In this document: piece by piece, positions 53,096 through 63,000 of the stretch
How the letters are laid out: each line of letters opens with the position of its first letter
How positions within the stretch are numbered: the stretch's first letter is position 1
Origin: Alphaproteobacteria bacterium
GTDB lineage: Bacteria; Pseudomonadota; Alphaproteobacteria; Bin95
Length of the DNA: 64,000 nt
Assembly: GCA_963665325.3 (NCBI GenBank)
Contig: CAXXWS020000003.1
Location: 160,001 to 224,000 of the forward strand
Direction: 5' to 3'
Translations under genes and position numbers: made by a program
The notes under the pieces: model-generated
What the model was told of the DNA's origin: nothing
What the model saw: only the letters and a program-made list of their open reading frames with translations
Databases searched by the model: none

Positions 53096-54094
53096 CTAGG
53101 GGTTCGAGGCGGTAACGGTTTTCGGTAACGTGTCCCTGCGGTCGTTGCCGTTGAGGGCGGCGAGGCGGTATCCGCCTTCGGATGCGCGCTCGACGCGTCC
53201 TTCGCGGACGAGCCTGTGCAGCGCCTCGGCGACGGTTGCGGGCCGGGTTGCCGCGCGCTCGCGGATCCGGCGCTGGGAGAGCGGCGCGTCGGCGTCGGCG
53301 AGGGCCTGCAGGATGCGCCGTTCGGGGGTATCCGGCTCCGGCGCCTGGTCTTCCGGCGTCTCGCGCAACCGCAGGGCGGGGCGCTCGTCGTCGTCGGCGA
53401 GTTCGATCTCGAGGTCTTCGAGGCCAGGGGCGTCGCGATGCTCGACGGTCATGAGGATCTGGCGGTCTCGCCGGCGCAGGTACAGATTCGAATCGCCCCA
53501 GGCGTGAAGTTCGCTGCTGCCGCGCAGCGCCTGCCCGGGCCGGGAGCCGCCGCTCTTTCGTGCGTGATGGACGAGGAGGACGGCGGTTTCGAAGCGGCGC
53601 TGTATGTCGCGCAGGAAGCCCAGCATGGGGGCGACCTCGGCGACGGTATTTTCGTCGACGCCGTGCAGGCGCACGAGGGGGTCGAGGACGACGAGGCGGG
53701 GTGAGACGCGCTCCACCGTCTCGACCAGGCGCTGGCGATCGGCGCGATGGTCGAGACGCAGCGTGGGCACGTCGATGACGGCGATGTCGAGGGTCTCGAA
53801 CGCGGTGCCTGCCGCCTTTGCGATGCCCTGGAGGCGTGCGCGCACGATATGGCCGGCGTCCTCGGCGGCGAACAGCAGCACGGGGCCGCTTGCGGCGGGA
53901 CGGAAGTGGCGCAGGCAGGGGACGCCGGCGGCGACCGCGACGGCGATGTCGAGTGCGAGGAAGGATTTGCCGCACTTGGGCTCGCCGCCGACGATGCCGA
54001 CGCCCTGCTCGGACCACAACGCCTCGACCATCCAGCGGCGCGCCTGGGGGCGCTCTTCGAGCTCCGCCGGCGCCCGTGTCGGGAAGCCCTTCAC
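53096..54094 (-). CDS. AAA_25/RecA-family (RepA-like) ATPase with C-terminal winged helix
   Basis: GGEPKCGKS, AAED, VVLDP, VHHARK, LRGSSELHAW; GTGA overlap with the upstream gene. Confidence 0.85.
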   Translation of the reverse strand: MKGFPTRAPAELEERPQARRWMVEALWSEQGVGIVGGEPKCGKSFLALDIAVAVAAGVPCLRHFRPAASGPVLLFAAEDAGHIVRARLQGIAKAAGTAFETLDIAVIDVPTLRLDHRADRQRLVETVERVSPRLVVLDPLVRLHGVDENTVAEVAPMLGFLRDIQRRFETAVLLVHHARKSGGSRPGQALRGSSELHAWGDSNLYLRRRDRQILMTVEHRDAPGLEDLEIELADDDERPALRLRETPEDQAPEPDTPERRILQALADADAPLSQRRIRERAATRPATVAEALHRLVREGRVERASEGGYRLAALNGNDRRDTLPKTVTASNP

Positions 54095-54924
54095 CGCCGC
54101 GCCCTCCTCGGCTTGGCGGGTTCGCCCAGGGTCTCGATGAAGAGCTTCTCGTCGAGGACCTCGCGCTCCTTCTCGGCGGCGGCGGCGAGCAGGGCGTCGG
54201 CCATGACGGTGAGCGCCCGCGGGTTGCCGTCGGCATGGGCGACCAGGGTGTCCTTGAGGCCCGCGGTCATGAGGCCGGGATTGCCGGCCTGCTCGATCAG
54301 ATGGTCGAGCAGGGCCGCGAGGTCGCCGGCCTCGGCCTTGGTCATGACCAGGCGCTGGCGGATGCGCGAGGCGATGGGCTGCAGATCGGGCTGGCGGAGC
54401 TTGTCGAGCAGGCGCGTGTCGCCGGCGAGGACGACCGAGAGGATGGCGCGCGAGTCGAAGTCGGTCGAAGCCAGCAGGCGGATCTCGGAGAACACCGAGG
54501 GCAGCAGCTCCTGGGCCTCGTCGACGAGCACGACGGGGCGCATGCGGGTATCGTCGACATGGGCGAGCCAGCGCTCGCGCAGGCTTTTGAAGCTGGCCCA
54601 GCGGTTGTTGTACATCAGGTCGACGCCGAACATCTCGCCGATCTCGCGGTAGAAGTCGGACAGCCGGGAGGAGGGATGGGTGATGGCGGCGATGCTGAGC
54701 CCCTCGCAGCGGCCGAGACGGTCGGCGAGCAGGCGCAACGCCACACTCTTTCCGGCGCCGGGCTCGCCGGCGATCAAGGCGAAGCCGCCCTGGCGCACCA
54801 GGTGGCGCTCGATCCTGAGGCAGAAGCTGTCGACGGCAGGCGTCGCCATGAGACTGTCGACCGGCAGGTCGGTGGCGAAGGGGTTCCACTTGAGCCCGTA
54901 GAAGGTGAGCAGTTCCCGGTTCAT
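54091..54924 (-). CDS. ExeA-family AAA ATPase (putative transposition helper)
   Basis: YGLKWNPF, GEPGAGKS, VLVDEAQ, GNPRAL; ATGA overlap with the transposase. Confidence 0.87.
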   Translation of the reverse strand: MNRELLTFYGLKWNPFATDLPVDSLMATPAVDSFCLRIERHLVRQGGFALIAGEPGAGKSVALRLLADRLGRCEGLSIAAITHPSSRLSDFYREIGEMFGVDLMYNNRWASFKSLRERWLAHVDDTRMRPVVLVDEAQELLPSVFSEIRLLASTDFDSRAILSVVLAGDTRLLDKLRQPDLQPIASRIRQRLVMTKAEAGDLAALLDHLIEQAGNPGLMTAGLKDTLVAHADGNPRALTVMADALLAAAAEKEREVLDEKLFIETLGEPAKPRRARR

Positions 54925-56396
54925 GGCGCATCTCCCCGATCTTCGTCCTCGCCCGGACCGGGCGTCTTGTCATGGGGCAGCCAGGCCGGCGGCAGGCCGG
55001 TTGCGGCCTGGGCGTCGAGCATGCCCTTGAGCAGCGGCGGAAGTTCCCCCGTCCCCGCGCCGCCATTGCCATCGTTGCCGCCGGGGCCGGCGGGACGGCG
55101 CACGCCATCGGCGTTGCCGCGCTTGTCGAGGGGGTACAGCGTGCACAGGCGCTCGCCGCCTCGACCGTCGATCAGATCGACGCTGGCGAGGTTCCAGCGC
55201 GCGTAACGGATCCAGGCCTCGCGCAGGTGGCGCCACGGCTGTGGCACCTGGTAGCGGATGCCCTCGACCGAGACGGTGCCGTCCGAGCGCCTGAGCGTGC
55301 GCTTCCTGGTGATGCGGAAGGCCGCCTTGAGCTCGGCCGAGCCGGGGCAGGATCTCGACGCGTCGACGCTCCCGGCCAGGCGTTGATGCGGCGTCATGCC
55401 GAGCTCGCGGTGCTTGCGGCGGTGATAGTCCTGCTCCAGCCAGGCGATGGTGGCGTCGTTGAGCATCTTCAAGGTAAGCGCGTCGACGCCTTCGAGCTGA
55501 GCCATCAGGCGCGATTCGACCGTGCCCCAGAACGACTCGATCTTGCCGTTCTGATGGGGGCTGTAAGCGAGCGTCGTGACCCCCGCGATGCCGAGCCGGT
55601 GCAACCCCTCCTCGACCTCGCCCGCGGTCATCGCCGCGCCGTTGTCGGTCAGCAGGGACCTCGGCAGACCGCGCTTCATGAAGGCCTGGCAAAGGCCGTG
55701 GACGAACACCTCGGCGGTCTCGGCGAGGTACCACTGAAGGTGGCAGCCGAGGCGCGAGTGGTCGTCGAGGAAGCCGAGCAGGATCGGCGTCTTCCACTCG
55801 CCCGAGGCGGTCAGCACGCGACGCTTGGCGCTGTGCATGTCGGCGTGCCACAGGGCGTGAGAGCGCGAGACCTCGTAGCTCAATACCTCGCGGGCTTCGA
55901 CCGCCGGCCTGGCCTCGCTCTCATGCCACTTGCGCCGGCGCTTGCGTACCAGCCCGCGAGCCCGCATCGCCCGGGTCAGCGTCGCGTAGGACGGTATCGG
56001 GCCGAGCTCGGGATCGGCCTCGACCCGCGCGGCCAGATTCTCGTGATGAAGCTGCGCCGACCACGACGGATGCGCCCGGTACTGCTCGTGCAGCGCCTCG
56101 ATCAGCGTCGGCGACATCGCGCGCGGGCGCCCGGCATCGGCGCGCGGGCGCCGCTTGAGCGCCCCCACCGGATCGTTGTCCGCCGCCCGCGCCTGGTAGT
56201 ACCAGCGCTCGATCGTGGACACCGCGAAGCGCACCCGGCCCTTGCCGGACGGGTGATCCCACTCGCGTTCGGCAAGCCGCTCAAGCTCGGCGTGCAGCCG
56301 CCCCGCCGGCGGCGGCGAGGCCAGAAGCGGCCCGACCACCGCGAAGCGCAACCGCGCCCACCGGTCGCGACGCTCGCTCCCGTCGTTGCTGTTCAT
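54921..56396 (-). CDS. DDE transposase (rve core with Mu-like C-terminal domain)
   Basis: HTH STIERW; WHADMH, FLDDHSR, LTDNG, QNGKIE; DGTVSVEG.RY.VP. Confidence 0.9.
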   Translation of the reverse strand: MNSNDGSERRDRWARLRFAVVGPLLASPPPAGRLHAELERLAEREWDHPSGKGRVRFAVSTIERWYYQARAADNDPVGALKRRPRADAGRPRAMSPTLIEALHEQYRAHPSWSAQLHHENLAARVEADPELGPIPSYATLTRAMRARGLVRKRRRKWHESEARPAVEAREVLSYEVSRSHALWHADMHSAKRRVLTASGEWKTPILLGFLDDHSRLGCHLQWYLAETAEVFVHGLCQAFMKRGLPRSLLTDNGAAMTAGEVEEGLHRLGIAGVTTLAYSPHQNGKIESFWGTVESRLMAQLEGVDALTLKMLNDATIAWLEQDYHRRKHRELGMTPHQRLAGSVDASRSCPGSAELKAAFRITRKRTLRRSDGTVSVEGIRYQVPQPWRHLREAWIRYARWNLASVDLIDGRGGERLCTLYPLDKRGNADGVRRPAGPGGNDGNGGAGTGELPPLLKGMLDAQAATGLPPAWLPHDKTPGPGEDEDRGDAP

Positions 56397-56444
56397 TCCG
56401 GCATCCCCCTCGCTGCTTCGTGGAGGTGCCGATGATGCGGTGCC

Positions 56445-57059
56445 CTATCCGTGCATCATAGAAACGCTTTCTGCGGGCGAAGCCGGACCTGCGCCGAGCG
56501 CGCAAAAGCCGGTCCACGGCATCAGCCAGACCAGGCTCCGCAGCAGCCGCGAGCGGAAGCCACGGCCCCGCATGATGCGCAGCAGCCGGCGCAGCGGCGC
56601 CTCTTCGGGCGGCGCCGCCAGCTCGCCCCGTCTCGCCTGCCACTCCCGGGTCAGCGGGAAGGCTTCCAGCCACCAGCGCCGCCAGCGCTTCAGCGTCGAG
56701 GCCGGAACCCCGCACCGCCGCGCGATCGTCTGCAACCGCGCGCCGCCGGCCACAGCCAGCGCACTCACCACAAGGAACAGCGCCCCGACGTAAAAGCGCC
56801 TGCCGAAGAAACGCACCGACGGCGGCTTCACGCGGCGTCGGCACACCGAACAGCACAGGCTGAAGCGCCGAACGTCGTTCCGAAGATTCGCCGCCAGACC
56901 GTGCGGCTTGCGCGGGTAGCTCGCGCTGTGAAGCGCGCCGCCGCAGCGCGGGCAACCCGCCGCCCGGCACGCCTCCGCCTCGGCCGCGTCGACCTGCTTC
57001 AGAAAATCCCAAACCCGGGCGTTGGAGAGATTGGAGTGCCGGAACAGCTTGTGCGACAT
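56445..57059 (-). CDS. Zinc-finger plus HTH protein of the transposon
   Basis: CPRCGG...H...RKP...CCSVCRRR, then LQTIARRCGVPASTLKRWRRWW HTH. Confidence 0.75.
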   Translation of the reverse strand: MSHKLFRHSNLSNARVWDFLKQVDAAEAEACRAAGCPRCGGALHSASYPRKPHGLAANLRNDVRRFSLCCSVCRRRVKPPSVRFFGRRFYVGALFLVVSALAVAGGARLQTIARRCGVPASTLKRWRRWWLEAFPLTREWQARRGELAAPPEEAPLRRLLRIMRGRGFRSRLLRSLVWLMPWTGFCALGAGPASPAESVSMMHG

Positions 57060-60000
57060 TGGGGCCGTCTCAGGTTGATGTCACTGTCACCGAGACAAGC
57101 CCTCCGGCGGCCTTCTTGCAAGATCGCCGGGGGGCACCCAATCCAAAACCTCGATTAATCCGAGCCGATCAGCCCCTGATCGCCGCTGAAAGCCTGCGCC
57201 CGCTCAGCGATGGTCAGCGACAGCGCCCCGACCGTCGCGTAATCGGTGCCCTCGGTCGCGGTGTCCGACGCCGACCCGACCGCGACCGTCACGCTGGTGG
57301 CGCTCGCGCGCGGCGCGTGGTCCAGCGTGCCCGTCACCGTCACCACCGTCGCACCGGCGTCCTCGTCGACACTCGTCGGCTCGACCGACAGCGCCACCGC
57401 CGTCGACGCCGTCTCGTCGTCGTCGACCGTCACCTCGACCGCGGCCACCGTCACCGACCCGTAGTCGCCCCCCGAGACAGCGTGCGTAACCCGCCCGCTG
57501 TCCGCGTCCCCGTCCGGGTCGTGCTTCGCGCTCACCGTCACCGTGCGCGCCATGTTCCAGTTCGACGGCGTGAACGTCACCGTCGCCGGCGCCACCGACA
57601 GGTCGGCATTGCTCTGCGCCGACGGCGTCACCGTCACATCGCCCGTGGGCTCGGAGGCCAGCACCAGGGTGTAGGTCGCGGAGCTGCCCTCCGGCACCCC
57701 CAGCGTCGCGACGCTCGGCGTGACGCCGCGCACATCGTCCTCGCCGATCGTCAGCGTCGCGCCCGTCACGCCCAGCCCGGTGACCGTCGTGGCTCCCGTC
57801 ACCGACACCGTCTCGTCGCCCTCGTCCACCGCGTCGTCGCTCGGCGTCAGCGTGAACGTCCCCGTGTGCGACACGCTGCCGGCCGGAATGGTCAGCGTGA
57901 AGTCGTCCACCGCCGTGAAATCCGTCCCCGACGTCGCCGTGTCCGAGCCGACGCTCACCGTCACCGGCGTCGCCGCGTCACGGACGCCCGCATCCAGCGA
58001 CGCCGTCACCGTCACCACCGTCGCGCCGGCGTCCTCCGCCACCGTCGTGGGAGCAAGCCCCAGCGACACCGTCGTCGAGGCCGCCTCCACCGTCACCGTG
58101 TAGGGCGCACTCGCCGCGGCGTTCCAGTCCGCCGACGCCGCCGCCGACGCCGTCACCGGGCACGACCCCACCCCCACCAGCGTCAGCACCCCGGTCGACG
58201 CCGCCACCGAGCACACCCCCGACGCCGAGGCCGGCACCGAGTAGCTCACCACCGTCTCGGCACCGCTCGGCGCCGTCACCGTCGGCGCGCTCGCGCCCAA
58301 CGTCACCGTCGACGCGCTGTAGGCGAACCCCGACAGGTCCTGCTCCCCCTTCGCCACCGCCGGGAACGTGATGTCCACCGCCGCCGGGTTGCCCGCCGCG
58401 TCGAGCACCGTCACCACCGCCTCCGACGCGGACGCGGACGCCGCCGTCGGCGTGCCCGACACCACCCCCGTCGACGCCGCGATGGCCAGCCCCGCCGGCA
58501 ACCCCGACGCCTCATACCCGGCGATGTCCGCACCGTCCGTCGGGCTCAGCGCCGCCATCGCCTCGCCCACCTGCAGCGCCGCCGGCGCCACATATGTCGG
58601 CGCCGTCGGACCGCTCAGGTCCACAACCACCGTGCGCGTCACATCCGCCGACGTGTACCCCGACTTCTGCGCCGACACCGTCACCGTCACGCTCGCGCCC
58701 GTCACATAGGACGCGTCCGCCGGCACCCGCACCGACCACCGCGCCGCACCCGACACATCCGCCGACGTCGCCGTCAGCGTCGTCCCGCCAATCTCAACCT
58801 CCACGCCCGCACCCGTCACCGTGCCCGTGCCGCCCGAAATCGCGAACCCAGACGCCTTCTCCGCGATGTTCACCGTGTCGTCGCCCGCCACCTTGTCGAC
58901 CGTCAGCTCCAGCGACGGCGGCGTCTCGTCGTCGGCGAGCCCGAGCGTCGTCCCGGTCACCGTGAGATCGTCCTCGCGGCCCGACACCGCGATCGTCTCG
59001 GCCCCCTCGTAGACAGCGTCGTCGGTCGGCGTCAGCGTGAACGTCGCCTCGCCCGTCGGCGCGCCGGCGGCGATGGTCAGCGACAGCGCCCCGACCGTCG
59101 CGTAATCGGTGCCCTCGGTCGCGGTGTCCGACGCCGACCCGACCGCGACCGTCACGCTGGTGGCGCTCGCGCGCGGCGCGTGGTCCAGCGTGCCCGTCAC
59201 CGTCACCACCGTCGCACCGGCGTCCTCGTCGACACTCGTCGGCTCGACCGACAGCGCCACCGCCGTCGACGCCGTCTCGTCGTCGTCGACCGTCACCTCG
59301 ACCGCGGCCACCGTCACCGACCCGTAGTCGCCCCCCGAGACAGCGTGCGTAACCCGCCCGCTGTCCGCGTCCCCGTCCGGGTCGTGCTTCGCGCTCACCG
59401 TCACCGTGCGCGCCATGTTCCAGTTCGACGGCGTGAACGTCACCGTCGCCGGCGCCACCGACAGGTCGGCATTGCTCTGCGCCGACGGCGTCACCGTCAC
59501 ATCGCCCGTGGGCTCGGAGGCCAGCACCAGGGTGTAGGTCGCGGAGCTGCCCTCCGGCACCCCCAGCGTCGCGACGCTCGGCGTGACGCCGCGCACATCG
59601 TCCTCGCCGATCGTCAGCGTCGCGCCCGTCACGCCCAGCCCGGTGACCGTCGTGGCTCCCGTCACCGACACCGTCTCGTCGCCCTCGTCCACCGCGTCGT
59701 CGCTCGGCGTCAGCGTGAACGTCCCCGTGTGCGACACGCTGCCGGCCGGAATGGTCAGCGTGAAGTCGTCCACCGCCGTGAAATCCGTCCCCGACGTCGC
59801 CGTGTCCGAGCCGACGCTCACCGTCACCGGCGTCGCCGCGTCACGGACGCCCGCATCCAGCGACGCCGTCACCGTCACCACCGTCGCGCCGGCGTCCTCC
59901 GCCACCGTCGTGGGAGCAAGCCCCAGCGACACCGTCGTCGAGGCCGCCTCCACCGTCACCGTGTAGGGCGCACTCGCCGCGGCGTTCCAGTCCGCCGACG

Positions 60001-63000
60001 CCGCCGCCGACGCCGTCACCGGGCACGACCCCACCCCCACCAGCGTCAGCACCCCGGTCGACGCCGCCACCGAGCACACCCCCGACGCCGAGGCCGGCAC
60101 CGAGTAGCTCACCACCGTCTCGGCACCGCTCGGCGCCGTCACCGTCGGCGCGCTCGCGCCCAACGTCACCGTCGACGCGCTGTAGGCGAACCCCGACAGG
60201 TCCTGCTCCCCCTTCGCCACCGCCGGGAACGTGATGTCCACCGCCGCCGGGTTGCCCGCCGCGTCGAGCACCGTCACCACCGCCTCCGACGCGGACGCGG
60301 ACGCCGCCGTCGGCGTGCCCGACACCACCCCCGTCGACGCCGCGATGGCCAGCCCCGCCGGCAACCCCGACGCCTCATACCCGGCGATGTCCGCACCGTC
60401 CGTCGGGCTCAGCGCCGCCATCGCCTCGCCCACCTGCAGCGCCGCCGGCGCCACATATGTCGGCGCCGTCGGACCGCTCAGGTCCACAACCACCGTGCGC
60501 GTCACATCCGCCGACGTGTACCCCGACTTCTGCGCCGACACCGTCACCGTCACGCTCGCGCCCGTCACATAGGACGCGTCCGCCGGCACCCGCACCGACC
60601 ACCGCGCCGCACCCGACACATCCGCCGACGTCGCCGTCAGCGTCGTCCCGCCAATCTCAACCTCCACGCCCGCACCCGTCACCGTGCCCGTGCCGCCCGA
60701 AATCGCGAACCCAGACGCCTTCTCCGCGATGTTCACCGTGTCGTCGCCCGCCACCTTGTCGACCGTCAGCTCCAGCGACGGCGGCGTCTCGTCGTCGGTA
60801 ATCGTCCCGGTTGCCGTCGCCTTCGTTCCCAGCACGGCATTCGACGAGGGGCTCGAGAGCGTCAGCGTGAAGGTCTCGGCGTCTTCGTCGGTGCTGTCGG
60901 CCAGGGTGGAGATCGAGATGGTCGCGCTCGTCTGACCGGCAGCGATGGTCAGCTCCGCATTGCTCGCAGGTGGCGTGTAGTCCGTCTCGGCCGTCGCCGT
61001 CACGTCCGTGGTCGCGTATTGCACGGTCACCGCCGACGAAGCCGGCGGATTGAGGGTCACCGTGAATTCAATCGGACTGCCCTCGGTCGCCGAGGCATCG
61101 GAAACCGTCAGCGTCGGTGTGTCGTCGTCGGTGATGGTGGCCGTGGCCGTCGCGACGCCGATACTGGCGTTGATTGCATTGCTGAGTGTCAGCGTGAAGG
61201 TCTCGGCGGACTCGATGAGGGTATCGTCGGTGATCGCCACCGAGACGGTCTTGCTGGCCGTGTTCGCGCCGATGGACAGGGTGCCGGACACACCGGTGTA
61301 GTCCGAACCGGCGACGGCCGTGCCGTTGGCGGTCGCGTAGTCCACGGTCAGCGCTTCACCGCTCACCACGTCCAGCGCCACCTCGAATACGGCGCTGCCG
61401 GCATTTTCCGACACGGTCAGGTTCCGGACCGAGAGCACCGGCTCGGGACTGTCGTTGCGCACCGCACGGAAGTTTATGTGGCCGGCCTCGTTGCCCCACA
61501 GGTCCTGGATGGGGTTCGTGCCCGGGGTATAGGACACCTTGGTGCCGCCGTAGGCGTGGCCCAGGGCGGAGTCGAGTGTGAGGGTCAGCGTCGCGCCGTC
61601 GATCTCGACGGCCGACACCGTCGCAACGCGTCCGCCCTCCAGGACAACGACGAAGTCGCCGGAATCCGGAACCGAGCCCGGGTCCAGATGCTCGGCAACT
61701 CCGCTCGCGCGTTCGAAGGTGAGCACCAGCGCGGCGCCGTTGACCACCGCGCCCGAGGCATCGCTCACGAGCACCGGCGCGGTGGTGTCCGCCTGGACGC
61801 CGGTGGTGAATTTCCCGTGGCGAAGATTGACCGCCCCATTGGTCGAGTCGCTGATGCTGCCGCCCCTCAGGATCAATCCGCGATCGGTGAGCATCGTGCC
61901 GTCCGAGCCGGCATTGGACGGGACGCTGATTGCGGATTCGGTGCCGGGAACGTCCGTCTGTACCGTCCAGCTGAACTTCAGCGTCGTGCCGCCCGAGCCG
62001 CTGGCATACGCCGCTTCCTGCAGGGCGCCGTCGCTCGCGCTGAACTTCAACGCCGGCGTGCCGCTGCTCGTGTCGACGCTCACCGCCTCGGAAAAGGTGA
62101 CCGTGAACTCGACGACCTCGCCCGCACCGTAATAGCCCGCCGGCGTGCCGACCGACGGGCTCGACGTGACCGCGATACTCGAAATGACCCGTGTGTGGAT
62201 GCTCCCGCCGGTCGCGGCGGCATGACCGATATTGGCAGCGACGGTGGTGTCCTTGTTGAATATGCCGCCGCCGTTCAACTCCAGTGCGTTGGCGGCCACT
62301 GTCACGCCGTCGGTGTCGTCATCGTCCGACTCGGTCACCGATCTGCGAAACACCAGCACCGTATCCGTGCTGGCACTCGCGCTGTAGCTCGCGTAGCTGT
62401 TTGTCGAGGCCGTACCATCGAGTTGCAGCGCCAGCCGCGGCGAGCCGGTCACACCCACCGCCTGGTCGAAGGTCAAGCTCACTTCCACGACATCGCCGAC
62501 GCCGTAATCACCGCCCGATGGCGCGTTGGTGAAGGCGACCCCCGTGATCGTGGCCCTGGCCGAATCGTCGTTCACGATGGTGCCGGTGGCCGTTGCCGTT
62601 CCGATCACGGCGTTCGACGTCGGGTTCGAGAGCGTGACCGTGAAGGTTTCATCCTCCTCATCGATCACATCGTCCCCGGTGACGATGGATATCGTTCCAC
62701 TGGTCTGACCGGCGCCGATCGTCAGGGAGGCGCCGGACGCGGGTGGCGTGAAGTCCGCCCCGTCCGCGTGCATCGTGTCCGAGGTCGCCGTGCCGTCGGT
62801 GGTGGCATATTCGACCGTCACGGCGCCCGAAGCCGCCCGGTCCAGCTTCACCGTGAATTCGACCGCGGCGCCCTCGGTGGCCGAAGCATCCTCGATGGTG
62901 ATCCTGGGCAGTCCGGGCGTGGCCGAGACCTCGTCGGAAGGCGTGCCGTCGGATGACCCGCTTCGCGTGGCAATCACGCGCACCGTGTAGCTCGTACCGT

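Larger units (their letters stand above)
52823..57206 (-). mobile_element. 4,384-bp four-gene transposon with TGAG...CTCA ends and GCGA target duplication
   Basis: Empty site visible in the sister repeat at 59070-59073; GCGA at 52819-22 and 57207-10. Confidence 0.9.
51829..60798. repeat. About 2.5 tandem copies of a 1,863-bp (621-aa) intragenic repeat, one copy interrupted
   Basis: Constant offsets of 1,863 (58921 vs 60784) and 6,251 = 1,863 + 4,388 (52670 vs 58921); matching shadow ORF translations. Confidence 0.93.

Noticed and set aside
57059-62956. 1,965-aa + strand ORF rich in Arg/His
   Set aside because: Antisense shadow of the Thr/Val-rich adhesin in high-GC DNA; no domain motifs
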